Assembly (NCBI GenBank): GCA_963822945.1
Contig: CAWGJO010000033.1
Span: 42,344-106,343, forward strand
Reading direction: 5' to 3'
DNA: 64,000 nucleotides
DNA from: an uncultured Gemmatimonadaceae bacterium
Lineage (GTDB): Bacteria; Gemmatimonadota; Gemmatimonadetes; Gemmatimonadales; Gemmatimonadaceae
Within the stretch, counting starts at the first letter, position 1. Every line of letters starts with the position of its first letter. Under the pieces are notes generated by a model that saw only the letters and a program-made list of their open reading frames with translations, searched no databases and was not told the origin of the DNA. This document shows, one piece after another, positions 41,509 to 51,461 of this stretch. A program made the position numbers and the translations under genes.

Positions 41509-43833
41509 TCAGGTGCCGCCCAGCGCCCGGAACAGGTAGCTCACCTTCACGAAGAACGCGTCGTTCACCCGACGCAGCTGCTGGAATCGCAGCGGATCGG
41601 GTTCGGTCATCGTGTTGCCGTAGCCCGCAAAGAACACCGTGCCCGGCGTCGGCCGGTAGGAGAACAGCCAGTCGGCCCGGAGCGAGTTCGACACCGTCTC
41701 CACGGTGGGCGCGCCGCCGACGATCAGCGTCCGGCCGGTGGCCGGATCGATGAGCGGCTCCCGTTTGCTGGCGGTGTACTGCGCCACCACGCGGAAGAAG
41801 ATCGAGCGGGTGAGCTGGTACTCCACCTTGAGCCGCGGGATCTGCACGGTCAACGTGCGCCGGCCGTCGCTGCGTCGCGTGAAGCTGCTGCTCTGATACG
41901 TGGCCCCGACGCGGATCTGCTGCGTGGGGCGCAGGGTGAGGCTCGCGTTGTAGTCCAGCCGGTTGACGCGCGAGGTCTCCAGGAAATCGACGTCGTTCCC
42001 GGTGGTGACGCCCGCGGAGGCGGAGTAGTGCTGGTACTGCGGCGTCGAGACCTTCCACTGCGTGGTGAAGGTCGTGATGCGCGGCGAGGGCTGGAAGGGC
42101 GCGAAGGTCGTGGGGCCGGTCGCCTCAGTGTAGCTCGCGTACGCGGCCGGATCGAAGGCGTAGCTCGACAGCGTGGGGGTGAGCCCCACCGACCAGCCGC
42201 CGCGCAGCGTGACGTCGGTGCGCGCCGACAGCTTGTCCTCGAGCAGGCTCTTGTGGGCGAAGAAGTCGTCGTAGTTCCAGGTGGCGCCCGTCTGCAGGTA
42301 GACGTTGAACCGTTCCACCAGCGCTCCCGGGCCGCCGTACAGCGTGAGCCGGTTCATCACGCTCGGCGACACGATGCCGGTGCGCTGGACGAAGCCGTTG
42401 TCGTCGGCGAAGTCCTTGCCGATGCCGAGGATGTTGTAGTGGAAGCCGAACCGCCGGCCGGTGCCGTCGGCCACGGCCGACCACATGGGCGCCGACGTCG
42501 TGATGCCATTCTGCGTGGTATTGCTCATCACGCCCTGGAACTCGGCGTAGTATTTGCCGCCGAACACGTAGTGGACGTCGGCGTCGGCCACGCGGTTGGC
42601 GCGCCCCCCGCCCACGCGCTCGCTGTAGAACATCCCGGCCGTACTCTGGGAGCCGAAGCCGCGCCGCAGCCGCACCACGTTCACCAGCGGACGCTGGCCG
42701 GTGGCGGTGGTGCTGGTCGCGTCGAGCGCGGAGAGCACGGCGACGTCGGTGCGTCCCACTTTTCCGGTGAGCTTGAGCGCGCCGGCCGGCTGGACGATGG
42801 TGCGCGTGTAGAAGAGCGTGTTCGGGACGTTGAACTGGTCGGAGCCTTCGACGAAGAAGGGCCGCTTCTCCGGATAGTACAGCGCGAAGCGCTCGTCGGC
42901 GGCGATCTGGGTGGCGTCGGCCTCCACCTGCGAGAAGTCCGGCTTCACCGTCCCGTTGAGCACGAAGTTGCTGCCCATGGCCCAGCGCACGTTGCCGCCG
43001 AGCTGCGGCTTGGACGCGTAGTGCCACCCATCATTCGCGGGCGCGCAGCAGGGGGTGCCGTTCACGGTGTTGGTGAGTTCGGGGTTGAGCCCCACCACCT
43101 GGCCGTGGTGCATGCCCGTCATGCCGACGAGCAGTCCCTCCTGGTCGATGAAACTCGCCGACGCCTTGTGCGCCTCGGTCCACGTTTCCTGGTAGCCGTT
43201 GTGCTGCACGTTGCGTTCGATCTGGATGCCCCAATCCTGGCGGGAGGTGCTGGGGTAGCGCAGGCTGCTGAAGGGAATGCGCACCTCGACCTCGTATCCC
43301 CACGGGGTGACGTGCCCCTTGGACTCCCAGATGAAGTCGGCGCTGAGGTCGTTCTGTCCCGGCATGATGTTGGAACCCGGGACGAAGCCGCCCTGTTCGT
43401 TCTTGATTCCGTCGGCCTGGACGCCGAGCGGATTGACGATGAACACGAAGGCGCGGTTGCGCTCGTTGTAGGTGTCGAGCTGGATCTCGGTGTTGTCGTC
43501 GTTCGAGACGTTGTCGCGCTCGGCGAGGGTCGCCCGCACCGCCCCATGGGGTTCGTATGCCTTGATGCCGAAGTAGATGGCGTCGCGGGAGTACCACACG
43601 AGCACTTCGGTGGAGTCGGGGCTGGGCCGCTGGTCCACGGGGGCGTATTCGGAGAACCCGGTGAGCATGGCGGCGTGCTTCCACACCGGCTCGTCCAGGC
43701 GGCCGTCGACGGTGACGGTGTCCTGGATGGACGGCGCGTGCACGGATGTCTGGCCGAGTCGCGCGTTGTAGACGGTCTGCGGGGGCGCACTGACGGCGGC
43801 GAGCTGGAACGCAGCAAGAAAGGGGAGGAGCAT
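41509..43833 (-). CDS. CBM9-like sugar-binding domain plus DUF5916 outer-membrane protein
   Basis: VDGRLDEPVW, VNPLGVQAD, EVRIPFSSLRY, PDFSQVEAD, PEKRPFFVEG, FVKVSYLF. Confidence 0.82.
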   Translation of the reverse strand: MLLPFLAAFQLAAVSAPPQTVYNARLGQTSVHAPSIQDTVTVDGRLDEPVWKHAAMLTGFSEYAPVDQRPSPDSTEVLVWYSRDAIYFGIKAYEPHGAVRATLAERDNVSNDDNTEIQLDTYNERNRAFVFIVNPLGVQADGIKNEQGGFVPGSNIMPGQNDLSADFIWESKGHVTPWGYEVEVRIPFSSLRYPSTSRQDWGIQIERNVQHNGYQETWTEAHKASASFIDQEGLLVGMTGMHHGQVVGLNPELTNTVNGTPCCAPANDGWHYASKPQLGGNVRWAMGSNFVLNGTVKPDFSQVEADATQIAADERFALYYPEKRPFFVEGSDQFNVPNTLFYTRTIVQPAGALKLTGKVGRTDVAVLSALDATSTTATGQRPLVNVVRLRRGFGSQSTAGMFYSERVGGGRANRVADADVHYVFGGKYYAEFQGVMSNTTQNGITTSAPMWSAVADGTGRRFGFHYNILGIGKDFADDNGFVQRTGIVSPSVMNRLTLYGGPGALVERFNVYLQTGATWNYDDFFAHKSLLEDKLSARTDVTLRGGWSVGLTPTLSSYAFDPAAYASYTEATGPTTFAPFQPSPRITTFTTQWKVSTPQYQHYSASAGVTTGNDVDFLETSRVNRLDYNASLTLRPTQQIRVGATYQSSSFTRRSDGRRTLTVQIPRLKVEYQLTRSIFFRVVAQYTASKREPLIDPATGRTLIVGGAPTVETVSNSLRADWLFSYRPTPGTVFFAGYGNTMTEPDPLRFQQLRRVNDAFFVKVSYLFRALGGT

Positions 43834-44049
43834 GGTGCGGGGAATATATCGCCGGGACCCGCCGCCATCTGCATGCAATCGGTAAGGGGGTGGGCCGCCG
43901 ACCAGCACCGGGAGGGCGCCGACCGGGGGGGCCTCAAGAACGGAGAACCTGGACCTGATGATACGGATGGGCCGGATGAGACGGATGGAATTCGTTGGGG
44001 GTGCGGGAATCGGGTGACGGTTCGCCAAGGCCGTGCGCCATGCTCGGGA

Positions 44050-44463
44050 ATGGCTCAGGAACTCAAGGAAGGAGAGACCACCGGCGCGATCGTCGGCGCG
44101 TTCTATGCCGTGTACAACGGACTCGGATACGGATTCATGGAGAGCCTGTACATGGCGGCGCTGGAGCGGGAGTTGCGGGACCGTGGACACGGCGTGGGCC
44201 GGGAAGTGTACGTGCCCGTGAAATACCGGGGCGTGGAATTGGGCCGGCAGCGCCTCGATATGGTGGTGGACGAGAAGGTCGTAGTCGAGGCCAAGGCCAC
44301 GGAGATTCTTCACCCGAACGCCTCTCGACAACTCTTCGCCTACCTCCGCGCGACGCGTCTGGAGGTGGGTCTCCTTCTCCACTTCGGCCCGCGCCCGCGG
44401 TTCCATCGGGTGGTTTGCCTGAACACCACTGATCCCAACAAGCCCCGCATCCGCTCCGTTTAG
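44050..44463 (+). CDS. GxxExxY protein (PD-(D/E)XK nuclease superfamily)
   Basis: LGYGFMESLY, RLDMVVDEKVVVEAKA, QLFAYLRAT..VGLLLHFG. Confidence 0.93.
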   Translation: MAQELKEGETTGAIVGAFYAVYNGLGYGFMESLYMAALERELRDRGHGVGREVYVPVKYRGVELGRQRLDMVVDEKVVVEAKATEILHPNASRQLFAYLRATRLEVGLLLHFGPRPRFHRVVCLNTTDPNKPRIRSV

Positions 44464-44470
44464 TTCCGGT

Positions 44471-44500
44471 CCCCGCCCCCGCCCCCGCCCCCGCCCCCGC
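44471..44500. repeat. (CCCCCG)x5 tract
   Basis: Read directly. Confidence 0.9.
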
Positions 44501-44688
44501 GGTATCATCGCTCGTTTCCGCGCGGTACCGCGCCGTTTGTAGTTCCCCCGGCATGCTCCGTCTCATCCGTCCCATCCGAATCATCAGGTCCAGATGTTCC
44601 GTTCCTGATGCCCGCTCTGGCGCGCCCCATGCACCGCGGCCAATTTCACCGGGTCTCCCGTCCCGGTCCCCCGATTTCGAGGCTCGTC

Positions 44689-47600
44689 ATGAAGCGCCTT
44701 GTCCATCTGCTCTCTGCCGCCGCTGCGCTGATCTCGTTCTCCCTCACCGCCCCCGCTGCGCTGGCGCAGGGCGAACTGCACGGGCTCAAGCCCGGGCGCG
44801 ATCCGAACCAGCCCATCGACTCGGCGTACACGGCGAAGATCCGCGAGTACACCACCGAGCCCTTCTTCTCGTCGCCCCTGGTGAACTACCTGCCGGCGTC
44901 GAAGACCGTGCCCACCCCGATGGCCGAACTCGGCGACATCGCCGGGGCCAGGGACAACCTGCCGTACTCGTCGCAGGTGTACGCGTACATGCGCATGCTC
45001 GCCAAGGCGAGTCCGCGCGTGCGCGTCTGGACCATCGGTCACACCGAAGAGGGGCGCGAGATGATCGCCGTCGGCGTGGCGTCCGAAGCCGTGTGGAAGA
45101 ACCTCGACCGGAACAAGGCCAACCTCGCCAAACTCGCCGACCCGCGCACCATCGGCATGAACGACGCCGTGGCCGAGAAGCTCATCCCGCAGACGGTGCC
45201 CGTGTACTACATCACCGGCACCATCCACTCCCCCGAGTCCGGCGCGCCCACGGCGCTCATGGAACTTGCCTACCGCCTGGCCGTCGACAACAGTCCCTAC
45301 ATCAAGAACATCCGTGACCACCTGATCACGTTGATCACGCCGATCGTCGAGGTCGACGGGCGCGACCGCGAGGTGGACATCGTGCGCTGGCACATGGCGC
45401 ACCCCAAGGAGACGCCGCTCCCCCTCATCTACTGGGGGCACTACGTGGCGCACGACAACAACCGCGACGCCATGGGGGCCACGCTCGATCTCACCCAGAA
45501 CGTGCTCAACACCTACGTGGGCTGGAACGCCCAGGTGCTGCACGACCTGCACGAGTCGGTGCCCTTCCTCTACGACAACACCATCGGCGACGGCCCCTAC
45601 AACGCCTGGATCGATCCGCTGCTCGCCAACGAGTGGCAGATGATCGGCTGGAACAACGTGCAGGAGATGACGCGGTTTGGGATGCCGGGCGTGTTCGCCC
45701 ACGGCGACTTCGACACCTGGTCGCCCGGCTACCTGATGTTCATCGCCGCCATGCACAACGGCATCAGCCGGTTGTACGAGACGTTCGGCAATGGGGGCAC
45801 CGCCGAGACGGTCGAGCGCACGCTGTCGCCGAGCGAGACGGAGAAGACCTGGTACCGGCAGGACCCGCCGCTGCCGCACGTGAAGTGGTCACTTCGCGAC
45901 AACAACAACTATGAGGAGACGGGGCTGTTGGTCTCGCTCCAGTACTTCGCCAACAACCGGCAGCTCTTCCTCGAGAATTTCTACACCAAGGCCAAGCGCT
46001 CCATCGCCAAGGCCACCACCGAGGGGCCGGCCGCGTACGTGCTGCCGGGCGACGATCCGCGCCTGCAGTCGCAGGCCGATCTGTTGCAGGTGATGCGGCG
46101 GCAGCACGTGGAGATCTCGCGCGCCACGGCGCCGTTCACGGTGCAGGTGCCGGTGAAGAAGCCCGCCAACGGCAACGGACGCGGGGCGCGCGGCGGGCGC
46201 GGTGCCAACGCGCCGGCGCGGGTCGGCGGCGGATACGGCGGTGCAGCCCAAGCCGCCGGCTACCGAGGCGCGCACCTTCCCGGCCGGCAGCTACATCATC
46301 CGCATGGACCAGCCGTACTCGCGCATCGCCGACGCGCTGCTCGACTACCAGTTCTGGTCGCCCGACGATCCGCAGAAGCACCCCTATGACGATACCGGCT
46401 GGACCTTCCCCGAAGGATTCGGCGTGGAGTGCGTGCGCGTGGTCGATACGACGGTGCTCAAGGCGCCGATGGAGAGGGTGACGGGCGACATCGTCGCGCC
46501 GGGCGGTGTGCACGGCACGGGGGCGACCTATGCCATCAACAACGTGGGCGAGAACTCGCTCGTCACGCTGCGCTACCAACTCAAATCGGCGGACTTCCAG
46601 GCCGCTGAGGATTCGTTCAGCGCGGCGGGGCACCATTTCAACCGCGGCTCCTTCCTCGTGAGCAACGTGTCGTCCGGCGATCTCGACAAGGCGTCGAAGG
46701 CGCTCGGCATCGAGGTGTATGCGCTGGCGTCGGCGCCGAGCGTGACCACGCATCCGGCGCGCGCGCCGCGAGTGGCGATTCTTCACACCTGGCAGGGCAC
46801 GCAGACCGAGGGATGGTGGCGGCTTGGCTTCGATGCCCAGCACGTGCCGTACGACTACATCAGCACGCAGGACGTGGCCAGGGACGCCAACCTGAATGCG
46901 AAGTACGACGTGATCGTATTCCCGCCGGCCGGTGCCAGCGGACAGTCGATCATCGAGGGGATGCCCATGTGGCGGAACCCGATGCCGTGGGAGAAGAGTG
47001 AACTCACGCCCAACCTCGGCCGCATCGCCAGCACTCCCGACATCCGGCCGGGCCTGGGTTGGGACGGTCTGCAGCACCTGCAGGACTTCGTGGCCAGGGG
47101 TGGGCTGCTGATCACCTCGGTGAACACGGCCGACTTCGCGATCAACTACGGGCTCACCAACGGCGTGAGCATGAACCGGCCGCGCGGGCAGGAGGTGGTG
47201 GGCAGCCTGCTGCGCACGCGGCTGGTGGACGGCGCGAGCCCGATTACGTACGGCATCGAGGACAGCCTGACCGTGTACAGCGACGGGGGCGAGACCTTCA
47301 ACGTGAGCAACACGCGCGGCGGACGCTTCGGCGGACGCTTCGGCGGCGGGGGCGCCACGCGCGAGACGGGACGCGGGACGGCGGACGATCACGACGTGGT
47401 GCAGGGGCGGCCGGCGCTGACGCCGCAGTTCGAGCGTCCCGTGCCGCCGAAGGTGGAGCCGTGGCAGGCGCAGCCGATCAGCGACGAGCAGCTGCGCAAT
47501 CCGCTGAACATCATTCCGCCCGACCAGCGGCCGCGCGTGGTGCTGCGCTACACCGATCGCAGCGATCTGCTCGTGTCGGGCCTGCTGAACGGGGGCAACG

Positions 47601-47773
47601 ACATCGCGCAGCGGGCGGTGGTGGTGGACGACCCCGTGGGGAAGGGGCACGTGGTGATGTTCGCCAACAATCCGGTGTATCGGGGCGAGACCATCGGCAG
47701 CTACGCGCTGGTGTTCAATGCCCTGATGAACTGGGACAACCTGAACGCGGGGCGGGTGCTGGACCAGCGGTAG
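44689..47773 (+). CDS. Secreted M14 zinc carboxypeptidase family protein (frameshift near 46220)
   Basis: Signal peptide, IGHTEEGR, IHSPE, HDNNRD, HDLHE, PYDDTGWT, C-terminal GATase-like region. Confidence 0.88.
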
Positions 47774-47785
47774 AAGCGTCAGCGG

Positions 47786-47819
47786 GTGGGGCGGCGGCCC
47801 GATGGGGCCGCCGTCCCAC
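47786..47819 (+). terminator. GC-rich hairpin after the M14 gene
   Basis: GTGGGGCGGCGGCCC-GATG-GGGCCGCCGTCCCAC. Confidence 0.55.
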
Positions 47820-47844
47820 GGCGTTGCCGAATCCCGGCCGGAAT

Positions 47845-47881
47845 GATTATGGTTTGACTAGTCTGACCATAATCGACTAGT
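47845..47881. promoter_or_regulatory. Palindromic operator of the vapBC operon
   Basis: GATTATGGTTTGACTAGTCTGACCATAATC (26/30 self-complementary) plus a second GACTAGT, just before the antitoxin ATG. Confidence 0.7.
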
Positions 47882-47888
47882 TTGCGGC

Positions 47889-48164
47889 ATGCGTGACACC
47901 TACTCCCTGTACGAGGCCAAGGCGCACCTGTCGGCCATCGTGCGGCGCGTGCGCGAGGGGCACACGGTGGTGGTGACCGTGCACGGCGAGCCGGCCGTCG
48001 AGATCCGGCCCCTCGCCGCCGAGTCGAAAGATCTGAGTGCCCGACTGACGGCGCTCGCCGAACGGGGCATCCTCGTGGAGCCCGCGGAACCGCGGGCGGC
48101 CCTCAGACCGGGGACGCCGAAGCGTGGCGCGCTCAAGCGCTTCCTGGCCGATCGCGACGGATGA
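47889..48164 (+). CDS. vapB: Phd/YefM family antitoxin
   Basis: SLYEAKAHLSAIVRRVREGHTVVVTVHGEPA. Confidence 0.9.
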   Translation: MRDTYSLYEAKAHLSAIVRRVREGHTVVVTVHGEPAVEIRPLAAESKDLSARLTALAERGILVEPAEPRAALRPGTPKRGALKRFLADRDG

Positions 48165-48544
48165 GAGTCGCCTATGTCGATACGTCGTGCCTCGTGGCGC
48201 TCGAGTTCGGTGAACGGGGCGCGGCGGCGCTGGCGCGGCGGCTTGGCCGCTTCGATCGCCTGGTCGCGGCCAATCTGTTGGAGGCCGAACTGCGGGCGGC
48301 CTGCGTCCGAGAGGGGCGTGACGGACCGACTGACGCGCTGCGGTCGATATCATGGGTCGTTCCCGACCGACCCCTCTCGCCGGAGATCGGCCGCGTGCTC
48401 GACGCGGGGTACGTGCGCGGCGCCGATTGCTGGCACCTGGCGACGGCGCTGTATGTGGCCGGAGACGCCGCGGCAATTTCGTTCGTGACGCTGGACGAGG
48501 CGCAGGGCCGGGTCGCTCGCGCGCTTGGGTTCGCCCCAGGTTGA
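48161..48544 (+). CDS. vapC: PIN-domain toxin
   Basis: YVDTS, EAE, RGADCWHLATA, FVTLD; ATGA overlap with the antitoxin. Confidence 0.88.
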   Translation: MRVAYVDTSCLVALEFGERGAAALARRLGRFDRLVAANLLEAELRAACVREGRDGPTDALRSISWVVPDRPLSPEIGRVLDAGYVRGADCWHLATALYVAGDAAAISFVTLDEAQGRVARALGFAPG

Positions 48545-48734
48545 AATTCGCAACTATAGAGTGCTCCTTGCCCCGGGGGGCTATGTGGCCCATGTTGAGT
48601 CCACTCGGCGCGCCCCCTTTGCCCGCCTGACCGGCCGGCTCAAGCCAGCCCGATTTCTCGCCTCCTGATCGGACGCGCACGTCGCGTCCGATTTCCGTAT
48701 TCCGTGAGCCCGCCGACTCCATGAGGAGCCCGCC

Positions 48735-51461
48735 TTGAGCGACGTCGCAACAGGCCTTGGTCGCGCGCTATCCGACCGCTACCGCATCGAGCGCGAACTC
48801 GGCGCGGGCGGCATGGCCACCGTGTACCTCGCCGAGGACCTGAAGCACGACCGCCGGGTGGCGCTGAAAGTCCTGCGTCCGGAGCTGGCCGCCGTGATCG
48901 GCGCGGATCGGTTCCTGAGCGAGATCAAGACGACGGCCAATCTGCAGCACCCGCACATCCTCGCCCTGTTCGACTCCGGCGAGGCGGGCGGGTTCGTCTA
49001 CTACGTGATGCCGTACGTGGAGGGCGAGTCGCTGCGCGACCGGCTGGATCGCGAGAAGCAACTGCCCGTGGACGATGCCGTGCGCATCGCGAGCGAAGTG
49101 GCCGACGCGCTCGAGTACGCGCACGGGCACGGCATCATTCACCGCGACATCAAGCCGGAGAACGTGCTGCTGCACGGCGGGCATGCGCTGGTGGCCGACT
49201 TCGGCATTGCGCTGGCCGTGAGCCGCAGCGACGGCGCCACGCGGATGACCGAGACCGGGATGTCGCTGGGCACGCCCACGTACATGAGTCCCGAGCAGGC
49301 GATGGGCGAGCGGGAGATCACGGCGCGCAGCGACGTGTACGCGCTCGGCGCGATGCTGTACGAGATGCTGGTGGGCGATCCGCCGTTCACGGGGAGCACG
49401 GCGCAGGCGATCGTCGCCAAGGTGCTGACCGCGGCGCCGGCGTCGATCACGGAGCAGCGGCACACCGTTCCTCCGCATGTGGAGGCGGTGGTGCTGCGCG
49501 CGTTGGAGAAGCTGCCGGCCGACCGGTTCGCGAGCGCGGCGCAGTTCTCGGCGGCGCTGGCGGACGCGTCCGGCGGTGCGTCCGGGACATCAGGCACACG
49601 GCGCATGCCGTACATGAAGTCGCAGGGGGGACTCGGCCTGCCCACGGTGGCGGCGCTGGTGCTCGCCGCGCTCGTTGTCGGCGCGGCGGGGGTCGCGCTC
49701 ATGCGCCGTGGTCATGCCACGGCTACGTCCACCACGCGAGTGATGCTCGAGTTCCCGACCAACGAGCAACCGCAGCATGGGACCGTGCCGGCGCCGTTGC
49801 TCGCGCTCCGCCCCGACGGCAGCGGGTTGGTCTATTCCGGCATCGGCACCAACGGGCAGCCGCAGCTCTGGATGCGGCGGTGGGATCGGCTGGGAGCCAC
49901 GCGGTTCTCGCAGACACTGGGCGGCGCCTGCTGCTCGGTGTTCTCGCCCAGTGGCGATTCGGTGGCATACCTGGCGCCGCCACACACACTGCAGGTGCTC
50001 CCGCTGACCGGTGGATTCCCCGCAACGGCGGCGGACTCGGGGCTCACCCCGGTGTCCGACCTCGGCGGCGGTGTGGACTGGGGGTCGGACGGCATGCTCT
50101 ATGTGACCGGACCGAAGGGGCTGCTCCGGGTCTCGCCCCGTGGCGGCATCCCCGACGTGGTGGCCCCCCTGGACGCGCAGCGCGGTGACCTCCGGTATAT
50201 GTGGCCGGCCGTGCTTCCAGGCGCGCGGGGTGCGCTGGTTTCGGTCGTTCCAGCGTCAAATCCCACCAGCCAGGACGCCGTGGCAATTGGCGCCGTCGAT
50301 TTCCGCACGGGAAAGGTGTCGCTGATTCTGCAGGGGACCCGGGCCATCTACGCCCCAACCGGCGACGTGATCTTTTCCAAGGCCAACGGTGTGCTCTGGG
50401 CCGTCCCATTCGACGAGAAGTCGCTGACCACCACCGGGCCGGCCCGTGAACTGGCGGACACGCTGGCCAGCGGGGCACAAAGGATCGGGGACCTCTCGCT
50501 TTCGCCAGACGGCACGCTTGCCTACGTGAAGGGCGTCGTCCAGTCGTACGGGTTGGTGTGGGTGAACCGGAACGGCGACGTGACGCCGGTGGCCAGCGAC
50601 TTGGTGGACGACGCTATCGACAGCCCGGCGCTTTCCCCGGACGGCAAGCGGATCGTCGTCGCCATGGCCGGTCCCGATGGCAGGTTCAGCCTCTGGATGA
50701 AGACGCTGGACGGAAGCCCCAAGGTGCGCGTCACCTTCGACGGAACGTCCAACTGGCGCGCCGCCTGGCGGCCTGGGACGAATCAGGTCGCGTATCTCTC
50801 CGATCGGGCCAAGCTCGGCGCGACGAGCCTGCGGTTGTTCCTGCTCAACCTCACGGGGCAGGCGGGCATCACCCAGCCGGATCTGCACGACGCGCGCACC
50901 ATCGGCGGCGCATCCTGGTCGCCCGACGGCAAGTGGCTGGTGTTCCGCACGGACAACCAGGAGCCCGGCAACGGTGACATTCTGGCCATCCGCCCCGGCG
51001 TCGATACCGTGCCGCGCACGCTGGTGGCCACGCCGGCCGAAGAACTGCGGCCGGAGATATCGCCCGACGGCCGGTGGATGGCGTACAGCTCCGACGTGTC
51101 GGGCCGGCGCGAGATCTACGTGCGCTCCTTTCCCGACGCCGCGGGCACGCCGTACCAGGTGTCCACGACGGGTGGAACGAATCCGATGTGGAATCCGACC
51201 GGCAAGGAACTGTTCTATATCGATGCCGCGAACAACATGGTGTCGGTGCCGGTGATTCCCGGCGCCGCGTTCCAGGTGGGGCAGCCGCAGGTGTTGTTCG
51301 CCGCCGGTGGGTTCTTCCTCAACGCGTTCTCGCAGGAATGGGCGGTGGCACCCAACGGGCAGCGCTTTCTCATGATCCAGGGCACCCAGGGCGACGCCGT
51401 GCACGTGGTGGTGGTGTTCCACTTCCTCGACGAGCTGAAGCGCCGGATGGCCGGCCAATGA
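48735..51461 (+). CDS. Ser/Thr protein kinase-TM-PD40/TolB-like propeller, copy 1 (intact)
   Basis: GAGGMATVY, VALK, HRDIKPEN, DFG, YMSPEQ; TM helix; repeated SPDG motifs; TTG start with GGAG RBS. Confidence 0.93.
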   Translation: MSDVATGLGRALSDRYRIERELGAGGMATVYLAEDLKHDRRVALKVLRPELAAVIGADRFLSEIKTTANLQHPHILALFDSGEAGGFVYYVMPYVEGESLRDRLDREKQLPVDDAVRIASEVADALEYAHGHGIIHRDIKPENVLLHGGHALVADFGIALAVSRSDGATRMTETGMSLGTPTYMSPEQAMGEREITARSDVYALGAMLYEMLVGDPPFTGSTAQAIVAKVLTAAPASITEQRHTVPPHVEAVVLRALEKLPADRFASAAQFSAALADASGGASGTSGTRRMPYMKSQGGLGLPTVAALVLAALVVGAAGVALMRRGHATATSTTRVMLEFPTNEQPQHGTVPAPLLALRPDGSGLVYSGIGTNGQPQLWMRRWDRLGATRFSQTLGGACCSVFSPSGDSVAYLAPPHTLQVLPLTGGFPATAADSGLTPVSDLGGGVDWGSDGMLYVTGPKGLLRVSPRGGIPDVVAPLDAQRGDLRYMWPAVLPGARGALVSVVPASNPTSQDAVAIGAVDFRTGKVSLILQGTRAIYAPTGDVIFSKANGVLWAVPFDEKSLTTTGPARELADTLASGAQRIGDLSLSPDGTLAYVKGVVQSYGLVWVNRNGDVTPVASDLVDDAIDSPALSPDGKRIVVAMAGPDGRFSLWMKTLDGSPKVRVTFDGTSNWRAAWRPGTNQVAYLSDRAKLGATSLRLFLLNLTGQAGITQPDLHDARTIGGASWSPDGKWLVFRTDNQEPGNGDILAIRPGVDTVPRTLVATPAEELRPEISPDGRWMAYSSDVSGRREIYVRSFPDAAGTPYQVSTTGGTNPMWNPTGKELFYIDAANNMVSVPVIPGAAFQVGQPQVLFAAGGFFLNAFSQEWAVAPNGQRFLMIQGTQGDAVHVVVVFHFLDELKRRMAGQ

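Larger units (their letters stand above)
43934..44608. mobile_element. Putative GxxExxY element bounded by a 52-bp imperfect inverted repeat
   Basis: 43934-43985 versus reverse complement of 44557-44608: 46/52 identical by manual alignment; mobility itself is inferred. Confidence 0.55.

Noticed and set aside
43934..44608. Classical IS element
   Set aside because: No DDE, HUH or recombinase-type transposase and no target-site duplication; kept only as a non-classical candidate
1771..47773. Programmed frameshifting or true pseudogenes in pirin, MscS, GH35, M20 and M14
   Set aside because: Scattered single indels in unrelated, otherwise well-conserved genes with no slippery-site pattern fit consensus error better
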